Assembly (NCBI RefSeq): GCF_009914755.1
Contig: NC_060931.1
Reading direction: 5' to 3' (one strand)
Origin: the human T2T-CHM13v2.0 reference genome, Homo sapiens
Length of the DNA stretch: 64,000 nt
Part shown: in pieces, positions 15,860 through 28,987 of the stretch
Layout: the number at the start of each line of letters is the position of its first letter
How positions within the stretch are numbered: the first letter of the stretch is position 1
Notes under the pieces: generated by a model
The model's input: the letters and a program-made list of their open reading frames with translations, nothing else
What the model was told of the DNA's origin: nothing
Databases searched by the model: none
Program-made: the position numbers and the translations under genes

Positions 15860-16102
15860 GAGTGCGCAGAGACCACATGGTGAGGGAGGAAGCAGTGAGA
15901 GAGGAGTTACCAGGCTCCTTTCAACAACCAGCTCCCACAGAAGCTGGAAGAGTGAGAGCTCGTTTATTACTGTGAAGAAAGCACCAAGCTATTCAGAGGG
16001 ATTTGCCCCGTGACCCACACACCTCCTATCAGGACCCACCTCCAACAGTGGGGATCAAACGTCAACATGAGGTTTAGAGGAAGAAATAGGCAAACTATAG
16101 CA
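15860..16102 (-). mobile_element. MSTB-like MaLR LTR fragment
   Basis: 'cccacctccaacagtggggatcaaacgtcaacatgaggttt', ends 'aaactatagca'; left part missing. Confidence 0.8.
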
Positions 16103-16270
16103 GAAGACATTACTGACTTTGAATCTCAGACAAACTGCCAATGAGGTGACAAAGAACCACTTGTCTATACTGAGAAGAATACATGTTCAGTTACAACATA
16201 ATATATGCATGGTTTTCATCTTTCTTCTCTATTTTCCTGTATGTGTTTCTGCCACAGATTCCTCATTAGT

Positions 16271-16657
16271 TAGAACCAACAAAGGAATTTAGTGAGTTGC
16301 AGGATATAAAAACAACATAAAAATTAGTTGCATTTCTATACACTAAGAGTGAACTATCTGAAAAGAAAATTAGAAAAACAGTAACCTATGCAATAGCTAC
16401 AAAAAGAATAAAATACTTGAGAATAAGCTCAACTAAGGAGATGGGCGATGTGTACACTGAAAACTGCAAAACATTAATGAAAAAAAGCAAAGAAGAAACA
16501 ATGGGAATGGCAACCTATGTCCATGGATAGAAAGATTTAATAGTGTTGAAATGTCCATGCTACCCCAAGCAGTCTACAGATTCAATGCAGCCCTGTCAAA
16601 ATCCCAATGACATTTTTTAAAGAAATAGAAAAAGCAATAGTAAAATTCTTGTGGAAA

Positions 16658-16695
<38 letters not shown>

Positions 16696-17205
16696 CTATC
16701 CCTGAGTAACCATAAAAATCTAGAGAAAAAACAACAAGCTAGAGGCATCACACCTGATTTCAAAATATAGGACAAAACTACAGTAATTAAAACAGTATGC
16801 TAATGGCAAAAAGACAGATGTGTACACCAATGCAACATAATACAGATCCCAAGAATGAATTCATACATATATGATCACCCTTAAGATCACTGTGCTAAAT
16901 AAAATAAGCTGGTTACAGAAACACAAATATTGATGATGATTTCAATTATATGAGGTATCAAAAATAGTCAAACTTACAAAATCAGAATAGATTCCTGGTT
17001 GCCAGGTGGGTTGTGGGAGGAGAAGATGGGGAGTTGCCAATTAACAGGCATAAAGTTTCATTTATGCATGACAAATATGTTCTGGATATCTGCTGTACAA
17101 CATCACCTCTGTAATTAACAATTTTCTATTGTACACTTCAAAGCTTGTTCAGAGGGTAAAGCTCATGTTAAGTCCTCTCACCATAATAAAATAAAATGTT
17201 TAAAA
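16271..17205 (+). mobile_element. L1MA9/10-like 3' segment (ORF2 part plus 3' UTR, internal deletion near 16878)
   Basis: 'tctacagattcaatgcagccctgtcaaaatcccaatgacatt'; 3' end 'agagggtaaagctcatgttaagtcctctcaccataataaaataaaa'. Confidence 0.85.
16657..16693. repeat. (CA)n microsatellite within L1
   Basis: Directly visible. Confidence 0.95.
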
Positions 17206-17500
17206 ATGACATAGTAGCGAGAACAAAGACAGTGGCACTGGGAGTAAAGCCAGTGGTCAGCAAACAAGAATAAAACTGGGTGAAAAGTAGGGAAACAGAA
17301 TATGGATCATACCCAGGTGTAAAATTTAGATAACAGGCTAGAAGTTGGTATCATTACAAAGGAAACAAGCAGGTATTTGTTTGAGATAAAATGTAAACTT
17401 AGTGTAGTATGTACATGTAAAATTGAGCTGGATTTATCAACCAGGCAATTATTGATACATGTCTGATGATTAGTGTGAATATTTGAGCTAGAAATGCATA

Positions 17501-18856
17501 TTTGAGCACTATTAAATCTTTCTACCTATGAACATGGATTGTCTTTTCCTTTGTGTCTTCTTTACTTTCTTTCATTTATGTTTTGTGGTTTTCAGTGTAC
17601 AAGTCTTCCATCTCCTTAGCTGAGCTTATTCCTATGTATTTTATTATTCTTGTAGCTATTGCAAAGGGTATTGTTTTTCTAAAAAAGTTTGCTCTTAAGT
17701 GTGTACAAATGCAACTATTTTTATACTGTTTTTATATCCTACAACTCACTAAATTCCTTTGTTCTACCAGTTTTTTGGTGTAGATTTTAGGGTATTCTGT
17801 ATATAAGATTATGCCATCTGAAAACAGGGATGATTTAACTTTTCCCTTCCCTTTTCTTTATTTTTCTTACCTAATTTCTCTGGTTAGGACCTCCATTACT
17901 ATTTGAGTAAAAGTGGCAACAGTGGGCACCTTTTGCCTCCTTTCTGATCTTAGAGAAAATGTGTTTTAGTGTTTCATGGTTGCATATGTTACCTTTTCAT
18001 ATATATAGTCTTTATTGTGTTGAGGTAATTTCCTTCTGCACTTAATTTGTTGAGAGCTTTTATCACAGAAGGGTATTGAGTTTTGTCAAATGCTTTTTCT
18101 GCATCTATTGAGATCATCAAGTGATTTTTATCATCTGTTCTGTTAATATGCTGTATTTATCACATTAGTTGATTTTTGTATTTTAAGCCATGTTTGCATT
18201 CCAGGGCTAAGTGTCATTTGGCCATAGTGTATGATCCTTTTAATATGCTGTTAAATTTGGTTTGCTAGCATTTTGTTGAGGATTTTAAAAGTCCATATTA
18301 TTCAGGGATATTGACTTGTCATTTTCTTATCTTGGGGTGTCCTTTTCTGGCTTTTGTATTAAAGTATGGCTGGTCTCATAACTTGAATTTATAAGTATTC
18401 CTGCCTCTTCAATTTTATGGTGGAGTTGAGAATGGTTTGCATAAATTCCTCCTTAAATGATTGGTAGAGTTCACCAGTGAAGCCATCTGGTCCTGGGCTT
18501 TTTTCGCTAAGGGATTTTAAATTACTGGCAAAATTAACTTATTATTGGTTTCTCCAGACTTTCTATGTCTTTGTGATTCAGTTCTGGTAGGTTTTATTTT
18601 TCCAGAAATTTATCCATTTCTTCTAGGTTATCCAGTTTGTTGTATATAGTTGCTCCCTGTAATCTCTTCTTATCTTTTTTGTTTTTGTGGCACCAATTGT
18701 AATGTCTCTTTTTTCATTTTTCATTTAATTTATTTGACTTTTCTGTCTCGTTTCTTCTTTAAAGATTTGGCAGTTTTATCATTTCATAACACAAACTCTT
18801 AAATTTTTTAATTTTTAAAATCGTTTTCTATTCTCCATTTGTTTCATTTTTGTTGT
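17501..18856 (-). mobile_element. L1M ORF2 (RT region) fragment, probably the same insertion as 16271-17205
   Basis: 'gtcaaatgctttttctgcatctattgagat', 'gagttcaccagtgaagccatctggtcctgggc'; its left ~270 bp are an inverted copy of 16271-16546. Confidence 0.85.
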
Positions 18857-18929
18857 CTATTTCATAGCTTCCTAACACTACCTGCTTATTTTTGCATGCA
18901 CTTTGCCCTCCACATGTTCACAGACTTCA

Positions 18930-19370
18930 CCAGGCCGAAGATGATAATTACTTTGTGCCTCCCAAGGACTGATTTAGGAATAGGTGTGTGACACATTTCT
19001 GGTCACGAAACGTCTGCATAATGACAAATGTTTTCCAGTCTTAAAATGTTATAAACCCAAGAAAGAATCCCTTCTTCCGTTGGGTAGCTTCAGGTCTGTA
19101 TTTATGCCTAAGGTCAAGAAAGGTGCTGGCCTGAGGGGAAATATCCAGACTCTGCACGGGGGGTGGGGGAGGGGGTGTGGCAAACAGCAGAACAAAATGA
19201 ATAGTAGAATATTGTCCTTGATTACGTGTGGAATGGTTGATGTACCTTAAATTAGAATTGCTCTGCCCTGAGACTTCTTCCTGTTCTGGGAAATGTTGCA
19301 TTGTTCTTGTTGACTGAATGAGTTAAGGCAGGATGTTTCTGTTCCTGGGATCCCAGTTTAAACTAGGCAG
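18930..19370 (+). mobile_element. Old MLT1 (H-K type) LTR remnant
   Basis: Weak similarity: 'ggtgtgtgacacatttctggtca', 'ccctgagacttcttcct'. Confidence 0.35.
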
Positions 19371-20137
19371 AAATCTGCACAAAGAACAAATCCAGGTACA
19401 GTCATGTTGGCCAGGCTGAGCCTGCCATGGGAGCTCATAGCAAAAGCATGCAAGAGCCCTGATTTATTGCCTTCATCTCAGACCTAAAATAAGCAGTATG
19501 AATTGACAATTGTCCTTTGAAAAAGTCCCACCGAGAGCAGACTTTCATTATGAAGGCAGTACCCCTACAAAAGGAAGATGGAGGGCAAGACTGAGACGTT
19601 TGCTTGCGGGCATTCTGTTGGGCAGCCGAACCTGTCTCCCCTCGCTGGGGCAGCAGCGATCTTCACTATCAGTGCAAATGAAAATCATAGGAGTAAAGAT
19701 GAATTGCAGCCACATTCTTTGAAGAAATATAATTTGGAATCTATAATCGTCACTGCCATGCAGAAGGAACAGGTCCAAAACAGAACAGCGCTTCTGAGTG
19801 TGCAATCTTCCTCCGGATTACAAGGACTGGCTTTCCTTATCTTCAATAAGTCTTTAAATGTCTATTCCTGAAGCAGGACAGAGGATATTACTTGAATGAT
19901 CTGGAGCAAATCCATAATTTTTCTTGAAAGAGCGCACCCTGTGGGAAACTCATTGAATCCTCCTTGCATCTGAGCGACATTTCTTTTCAATCAAGTGTGT
20001 TCCAATAAAGGAGTTAGGTATTGTTTGGGGACTTGATTTTATTCACAAGGAATGAGACAGAATACAAGCCATTATATAGCAACAGAGTGGGTTGCTTCAT
20101 CAAACCCAGGAGAATTGAGTTGGGCCTGTTCCTCAAC

Positions 20138-20546
20138 TGTCCTAAGTCGCTGAAACTGACTCTGAGATGGAGATTTGCATGCAGGAGGTTTGTTGAGGAC
20201 AAATCTTGGGAGCAATGCCTGCTGGGGAGGGTTTAGATGGGATGAGCACCTGCAGCAATTAAACAGCAATGCAATTGCTTCCGAGGCCTCAGCCCATTCC
20301 ACCAGAGCTCTCAACAGAGAATGATTCCACAGAGACAAGTCTTGAATGGAGACTTTGCAGCCCTGCATCCGCCTGTCCTTCAAGGTGAGCTGTCCTCCAG
20401 AGGGGGCATATCCTTGGGGGAGGCAACTCCGTTGGCCAACTTCAGTTCCTAGGGAGGACCTCAGGTCAGAAGTCAAAGCTCCTAGCATTGGGAGGTATGC
20501 ACACCTAACAGGAGTGTCTGGGCAGTGTATCATAGAATCCACTCCA
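20138..20546 (-). mobile_element. LTR33-like ERVL solo LTR
   Basis: 'gactctgagatggagatttgcatgcaggaggttt', 'gaggcctcagcccattcc', 'ccttgggggaggcaactc', ends 'atccactcca'. Confidence 0.8.
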
Positions 20547-21707
20547 GAGGCCACAGAGTAGAAAGTGAAAGTGCGTGTGAGGGGGAGGAGGAGAATGGGA
20601 AGCAGGAGCTGTGTGGTAGAAGCTTGGTGATCAGGCCAGAAACTATTTGCCTGAGGATGTGAGAGCCAGTGTGGCTCTGCTTCAGTGCATTGTTTGGCTG
20701 CACCGGAGATCTCTGTGTCTGGGACAGGACAGCGGGCAGGGGCCCTGAAAAGGGGTGACCTACTCAGGTACAGCATGACTTTTGAGAGAAAACAAACAAA
20801 CACTGGACCAGGAGACACATGACTTGTTCTTTGGTATGCAGAGCAAAATCACTTCATTTTGGATAAATTTTGTGGGCCATCATGCCCTAATTTAAATAGT
20901 TGGAATGATGTAAACTAGCTTGCCCTTGCTCAAAGGATTGACCAGTGATCAAAGAAAATGTTGCATGTGAATGTTCTATATCAACCCTAAAGTAGAAAGT
21001 GTGTACTATCTATGTATTCAGGAGAAATGGAGACATACATGGAAAAATACATTTTATTGGAATAAAAATTGGGTATAGCTACTAAAAGTAAAAAAGAAAT
21101 TTAGAAATTATGATCTCCTAATGACTCAGCTGGTTACATTAACAAAACATTGCTATACAATCTCAGAGAGATCCTTTGAGTTAGAACGGTTTATGTATTC
21201 CGGAGTCAGAAGATGGGGAGAGGTTGGAGAATCACCAGGCCTTATGTAATCAGCAGTGGAAGTCTTGGGACTCAGCCTCAGATCCTCTGCCTCTTGAAGT
21301 CTTGCTCTTCCACTGTGTTTTCCAGATAAACACACATGCTCACCCTGAAATGCCCGCACACTTATACATACACACTTATACTTCTGAGGTGAGGTCTACA
21401 GTAGGTAGGGCCAAAATCCAACGAGTGGCTTCTGATCAGTTGCACACTGTCCCAGGCTCATTGTAAATTTTGTCTATTTGTCACTTCAGATATAGAATGA
21501 TATTGCAAATAATAAAAATAGATTTCTCATTTTTCTTTATCTTCAGAGGAAGAGTAATGCACGAAGCTGGTAAAGACCTTTTATGTTTTAAAACCAATAT
21601 ATTTTCTTAATACGAGTAAAACAGTATCAAAGAGGTCAGACAAGTAAAAAGTAAAAAAAAAAAAAATTTCCATTCAGTGCCCCAAACCCAAGCATCACTC
21701 CTCAGAG

Positions 21708-21711
<4 letters not shown>

Positions 21712-21748
<37 letters not shown>
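21712..21748. repeat. (TG)18 microsatellite
   Basis: Uninterrupted TG tract. Confidence 0.98.
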
Positions 21749-21750
<2 letters not shown>

Positions 21751-22499
21751 CTTTTTGAGCAAACATTTTTAATGCCCATATGGTATAATGACAGCAGTTG
21801 ACAGTTTCTCCTGTCTATTTCCATGTAGTATCTATGCTTATATAGGAAATTCTGAATGCCTGAATACCTGAATCTCTGGGAGGTCTATGGATGAATCCAA
21901 CTCTAGTTATCCTGTAGATGTGCAACCTTACATATGTGAATTATCCTCTGTATGCTTATTTCATAAATAACACAAAGATAAAAACTATATACATTCTATA
22001 TGCCAATTGCAAGGAATAAATGAGCTACCACACCCAAAGTTCTCACATAGGGCTTGCACATAGTTGGAATATGGTATATATAGCCTCTTATCAGTATTCA
22101 CTTAAAATTATTGTTTTAGGAATAAGGGCATACAGAAAGAATCATAACATTATAATATTGTTTATTTTTTACATTACTATATATAAAACTAACTTATTCT
22201 TCCCAGGGACTACTTATCAAAATTTATTCCACAAGTCCTCATTTTGATTAATAGTTAGGATTTGTTTGTTTGCTTTTGTTGTTTATTATTCCAAAACAAA
22301 ATTTAATTTAATATTATATGCATTGAAAAATGAAATGCATCATTCTGAAGGCATGTGTGTTCATTTGTGCAATAAATATCATGAAGCTTTATTGTTGAAT
22401 CAATGTTGAATCAATAGATAATGGTATAGATGGTGCCAAATTACCTTCCAAAAATATTGCACCAATATGCTCAACCAGTGGTTTGCCAGAGCATGTATG

Positions 22500-22962
22500 T
22501 GAAGGGCCTCAGAATGGTGCAAAGATTATTATAAAATGAAGACTTTGGAGATACAGCAGATACAGAAAGAAGACTTTTGAACTTGTCTGACTATAGGCAG
22601 AGTCTTCTGAGAGTGACGCTTCCATAAATCCCCTCTCGAGGGAAATTCCAGCCGGGAAGTAGACTGAGCATTAGCACTGGAATGATAAATTGTATTTAAA
22701 AAATTATCACAAACTGCATACCTTCCATCTATTCCCTTAAAAGTTCATTCGTTAGCTATAGAAGTCCTATCCCTCCCCCATTTACAATATTAAGTGATTA
22801 GATAAACCCTCATTCCTAGCCGTTTAGGGAGCTTCTTCCCCTGAATAAACCCTCATGCATAATAAATTGTTCTCATCTTAAACCATCTATCATCAGTTGA
22901 ATTCACAGGTCTCCAGACCACTGAGACCTGAGTTGGTGGAGGAAAAGTTTTTCCTCCCATCA
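22500..22962 (+). mobile_element. MER34-group ERV1 solo LTR
   Basis: TGAAGGGCCTCAGAAT ... AATAAA ... GGAAAAGTTTTTCCTCCCATCA; near-TSD TATG/TATC. Confidence 0.7.
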
Positions 22963-22974
22963 TATCTATTTGAG

Positions 22975-23082
22975 TAGGGTTGCCAGACTTAACAAAAAAT
23001 AATGAGCAGATGAATAACAATTTTTTGTATGACACAGACTATTTGGGAGACACTTATACTAAAACTAAGTTTTCATTTAACT
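22975..23082. mobile_element. MER53 (hAT MITE) partial
   Basis: TIR 'tagggttgccaga' and core 'ttgggagacacttatactaaaa'. Confidence 0.7.
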
Positions 23083-24345
23083 ATTGATCTTAATGAGCAT
23101 GAATGAGGCATCAGTGCAGTAACCTTGCTCATTCTCTTTGAAGCAGTGCTCAGGGCAGCAGCACTGAAGCTGGGACAGTGCCACGGGGCCATTTGGCTCC
23201 TGGCTCTGACTAGCACACATTTTACTTCCATGAGAGTCTTTTTCACTCCGGCCTCCCAGGAAACCACAGAAACCCATGAAAATGTAGATATCCTTGCTAG
23301 TAATTACCAAGACCAGCAGGGTCTCAATGATTCAACAAACTACCTTTAAAAAAATAAACAGTATTTTATTTTAATATTTAAGAGAAGCCAAGTATGCTTT
23401 ATACGTTTATTTCCTGATATTTTTTATTCCTTTTAGAATGTGGATATTACCAAATTTCACAGGAGAATAATAATACAGAAGAGATAACTTAAAAATTACA
23501 TATGTAAAAGAAATCCTCCTAAACATTTAAAAATAACACTTTACTACTTTTGAACTAGACCAACCAGTACAACAAAGATGGCAGGGCATCAGCCAATGGT
23601 ATTGGAATTCAATCCATCAGAAAAGTGAAAAACAAATTTTGTCATTTTTTTAAATGTGAGATGTTACAAAGCTACATGAATGTCAAGCCTAAAAATCTTA
23701 GAACCATGAGGTCTAATCGACTGATATCCAGGAATATGTCCTAATCTCAAGGAATTGCAGCTCTCCAAGAAGGATGTTCTGACCAATGGAAATCTCTAAA
23801 CCTAAAACCTTTGATTTGGGCAATAATGTAGTCAGCAATACCCCCTTATTAGGAAAAGGCATGTTGCTACCCACTGTTTTCTCCTGAGTGGGGCATCAGC
23901 TGGATTACAAAAGAGCCAGGTCAACCAGAACACAAATGTCTTCTCATATCAATTGCTGACTTGCAAAGGCCCGGATTCCCTTTGACAAACCCTAACTGAG
24001 TCATTTGGAATTTCCAACAAAAGCAGAAACGAGTAGGATCAATGGATCCTGTGCTAAACAAGTAGATGCTACATTGATTATAAACTAATTCAGCAATAAT
24101 ACAATTATCAATCTTGCAAAGATTGCCATGTCTGATGAATGCCCTTTTTTTCTAAATTATCTCTTTCAATATTATTTGTGTTATTTTGACTTTCATCTTC
24201 AAAAAGTAATGTTTTATTAAAGATTGCGTAATAATTTTTTCACTACTTAAGATAATTAGCCCAAAACACAACCAGAGAACTTGACAATAAAGGTAACTTT
24301 TGCTTATGTTTCTTTTTAGAGAATAATGTTAAAATATTTAAAGAC

Positions 24346-24407
24346 ATTTTCTTGGAGAATTAATGTAACTACTAATATTTTCTTGGAGAATTAATATAAT
24401 TACTAAT
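24346..24407. repeat. 31 bp tandem duplication
   Basis: ATTTTCTTGGAGAATTAAT(G/A)TAA(C/T)TACTAAT x2. Confidence 0.95.
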
Positions 24408-24709
24408 ATCATTTTTAAAGCAATAGTTAAGAAATAATAGAAGCATTGTGGGTTTTCAAAGTCTCTGAAACTCAAGTACAATCGTTCATGGTCATCTGAA
24501 GCCCAAATACCATCTGGGGACAATTGCCCACTTTAAAATGTTAAATTATAAGGCAAAGTCATTTAATATCGGTCAAGAAATAAGTTTAAAGTGGCTCTGT
24601 ATCAGTGTTATTACATAACAAACAGTAGATTTAAACACTTTATTTTAAGCACTTATGATAAATCAGCCACAAAGTCATTGGAGAATATCATGTAGATGGG
24701 GCAGCATGA

Positions 24710-25088
<379 letters not shown>

Positions 25089-26229
25089 TAGGCTTACCTG
25101 GTATTTGTAAGTTTGATTTGGGGAAAAAACTGAGATATGACAGTCATTGGACATTCATTTTGTTAGTAAATAAATTTGTTCCTTTCATTTCTGCTGTGAA
25201 TAAAGAAAAGTCATTATTTGAGGCAATTTTAAGAAACATAGTTTGAGAATTTATTAGTAAGTAAACTTAGGGAGTGGCATTGTTTTTACCAGCTTTCCTT
25301 TAATTAAAATTATTTTTCCTTAAATTATTTAAAAGAATGAAATACACACACACATATATATATACACACACACACGTATACACATATAATGATTCAAAAA
25401 GTACACATTGGTTTTTAGTAAAATTGCAAAAGATGGAAAAACATTCAGAAGGACATCTATTGTCATTCTTTCTGAGTCTTTATTGAAAATGCGACTTGCC
25501 TTTATTGAAACTGAAACACTTTTACTGAGACGTTTTATTTTCTTCTTTCCCACCTCTTTTGAAATTTGAAAAATAATCCAACTCTTCATAAATTATGATT
25601 TTTGAAAAATGGTTTTATCAAGATTTTAAAATAATCCTAAGAAAATGCTTTAAATCTATTACTGTCTTTTCTGAATACATTAGTACATTAAGTACATTAG
25701 GCAAATATTAAAGCTATAGTGATGGATGGGAGGATTAAAGAAACAGGATGTCTCAGAGTTTTCAAATTAACAACCACAACAAAACTTATTGCCAGAATCA
25801 AAATACCCAACTACTACCTTTTTAAAAGGCATATTGCAAAGTTTAGAATAAGCTTAAGAAAAAACAAAATATGGCATAATATTTCAAATTATAAAACTTA
25901 TTCTGGACTAGTAATTTTTGAAAAATAATCTTATTTTTTGTTCTCAAATATTGTATTAGAAAAATATAATAGGTGTGACAATAGGTGCTGAGGTATAATA
26001 CAAGCATGACCCAGGACTCAGCATTCTGGGAAGAGAAATTGCAGAGTAACTGTCAGAGGGCCACTACATTTGTTGGTAGAGTGACTATATAATTTTCTTT
26101 TATGCAAATAAACCAATCAGAAATATGATAACCGACATACCTGGAAGTTTGATGCAATCAAAAGCCAAATGTGGGAAGGTTTTGCTTTATATTTGCATAT
26201 GCTTACCCAGATTTGCAATGAAAATGCTC

Positions 26230-26571
26230 TTTTTTTCTTTCTTTCTTTCTTTTTAAAAATTTTTTATTTTTTGAGATATGTTAAGACATGGTCTCCCCCT
26301 GTTGCCCAGGCTGGAGTGCTGGAGTGCAGTGGTGTGACCACGACTCACTGCAGCCTGAACCTCCCCAGCTCAAGCAATCCTCCTGCCTTAGCCTCCTGAG
26401 TAGAAGGGCCTACAGACACGCACCACCATGCCTGGCTTAGTCTTAAACTTTTTGTAGAGATGGAGTCTCAGTATATTGCCAGCCTGGTCTCAAACTCCTG
26501 GCCTCAAGTGAGCCTCCCCAATCAGCCTTCCAAAATGCTGGGATTACAGACGTGAGCCACCATGCCTGGCC
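26230..26571 (-). mobile_element. AluJ, full length
   Basis: 'cactgcagcctgaacctcc', 'ctcaagcaatcctcc'; TSD TGAA(A/G)ATGC; internal 8 bp duplication GCTGGAGT. Confidence 0.92.
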
Positions 26572-27179
26572 TGAAGATGCCATTCTTAAAATATGTGTGT
26601 GTCGTGTCTTGTGCTCATATTTGTCCTTGATATGCCTGTGTTGAGTCCTGAGACTCCGAAGAACACAGTTTGGAAAACAACAAATGGCATCCAGAGCTGC
26701 TTTGGGGTTTAAAGGCTTAAATGCCTCATTGCTGCTGCACTTTTCTGAGAGTCTGATAAAAGTATTTTTTTTACCCTCAAAAGTCAATGGTGTTATATAC
26801 TTGGTGAGTTTGGTCTTATAACCTGCCTACCCACCACAAAATACGCCATAGAGCCAACACCTTCTAGGAGCCAGCCATTGGCATCCCTGTCTTGTTCCCA
26901 GTTTTAGGGAATTATCTTGCATTCAGCTTCATTGTCTGACACTTCCATATCCTTCTAAGTCTTGGCTTCTTATCTTGTATTTGTTACCAGCTTTGTACTT
27001 ATTCCAGGCATCTGATCTGTGTAATACCACTCTTCTAGAACTGTCTTGAGGTCCCTTTCTCTGTGATTTCTGCTTGTTGCCTTTCAAAGTGAAAACTTTC
27101 TGGAAATAAACTGACAGGTTCATCATAATAGTTTCATGATAATAGTTTATCTCCCTTATTTTACTTTTTTTTGGTACAA

Positions 27180-27366
27180 CTTACTGAACAAAATGTTCAT
27201 GTGCGTTTTCTTGTTTAATCTTTGTAATTATTATCATTATGTTATTATTCTTATGTAAATTGAGACAACTCAGGCTTAAAGGCCTAAGTAATTTCCCTGA
27301 GGTTGCAAACTCATGGATGTTAGCAAAGATGTAAACCTTGGTTACTGTGATTCTAAAGCTCTTACC
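27180..27366 (-). mobile_element. MIR fragment
   Basis: Core-like 'gagacaactcaggcttaaaggcctaagtaatttccctgaggttgca'. Confidence 0.55.
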
Positions 27367-27558
27367 AGTGGACCATGGTTTGCCATGGAAAGGAATTGGA
27401 CATCTTGACCCCAGAACTCACATTCTTTTAAGACAGGCAGATTCAATGTAAGGGGTGTGGAAGGTAAATGGAATTAGGAAAACCTTCAGCAAAGAATGAG
27501 CAATTTAGGAATAAGTAATTTTTTGCCAAGCTTCCTTTATTTTCATTGGAGTAGACTT

Positions 27559-28095
27559 CATAGGGGAGGAAAACCAATTTTTCTCTACAATTAGACTGTC
27601 ACGAGACAGTTTAACAGGAGACAATGCACACAAATTAATTTAATGTTAATTATCTTATGCGTACATGGAGGCCTTTATATAAAAGATATGAAGATCTCAA
27701 AAAGCAGATAGGCCTGAGTAAGTACAACCCATTTTTAATAAAGGATGATAAATTTCAAAACAAAGGAAAAGGGTGTTCAGGCTTCTATCACCTGCAAGCT
27801 GTGGGAAGGTAAATACATGGGGAAACTAATGGAAAACAAGGGTGATTTTAGTAAGGTTTGTTTGTGCAGGTCCATCTTGGCGCTAACTTTCCCCGTTCTT
27901 GATGGCCCTAAAACTCTCCTGAGAGAGGAGATTGTCTGCAGTCCTCATTTCTCAGAAGTTTCTGCTTTTAGTGATATAAAGGAAGCTCTGAGAAGGCTTT
28001 TTTCCCTGCATTTGTTGATTTTCAATTAACTCCTGATTGGAATAATAAATATGCCAAAGTGGTATATTTTGGGGTGGCACATTCCATACTCTTCA
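27559..28095 (-). mobile_element. MER34-group ERV1 solo LTR
   Basis: Minus strand begins TGAAGAGTATGGAATGTGCCACCCCAAAATATACCACTTTGGCATA; perfect 4 bp TSD ACTT. Confidence 0.85.
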
Positions 28096-28987
28096 ACTTT
28101 AAGGTAAAGAAGAAAGATGAAGACTTCCTGAAGGTCCAGGACTGCAGCCAACAGTAGAATACAACTAGCATAGAATTTCTTTGAGGTTTCATGTTCATCT
28201 AAAAATTAATCAAATTTTTATATTTTTCACTTTAGTCATTTTAACATTTAACAGTGTATGGTTGGACAGATAGACAGACCTCAACATAGACATAGACAGA
28301 TATAGAACAATAGGTATAGATATATGGTTAAGTAAGCAAATGAAGTGAATAGGCCATGTTATACTGGGTGTGTGTGTGTGTGTTTATATATACACATCTT
28401 GAGTATATCTCAAAAACCCTTAGAGGATTAAGTCAGCATCAGTGTCTGGATTTGTAAATGTAGTACGTGCATCCCATACTCCAAGGCTCATTTCTTCCTT
28501 TGTGCAGTGTGGAATCAGAGCCAGAATATTTCAAAAGAAATTCCATTCTCAATTCTGAACTGAGCAATCACACAACCAATCATTCCTTATTATATTAACC
28601 TATCCTCTATTAGTTTTTAGTGTTTCTAAAATGCTCTAGTGAAGCATTGTACATATGAGTGGGATGGGGATGCTGGAATTGAAGTACAACTGGAGAACGT
28701 GTTCTGGTCTCCAAGGGTTCTCAGCGGTTCCCTTGGGCCTCTTCAAGCCCTGTTAGGTTTCCAATGCCAGAATGGCCAAATGATAGCATTAGCGCTAGGG
28801 CTGGAGGCAACTGAAGCTAAAGCTTAAGAAAGTGATGGAGATAAAGATGAAATGGGGATTAGGATGGGGGGAATGATGGAGAAAAGATAGAGAAACACAT
28901 AACACAAGGGAATCTAGCCTATTTGCATTACAAAGGTTCCCAGAGTTTAGCAGCTGAAAGTCAACTGACAGCTCGTTCAATTATGCT

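Noticed and set aside
20072-20818. Longest ORF (248 aa, minus strand)
   Set aside because: Non-ATG start, runs largely through the LTR33-like element, no recognisable domain.
24346-24407. CRISPR-like repeat (also 42245-42290)
   Set aside because: Two abutting copies with no spacers, in eukaryotic DNA.
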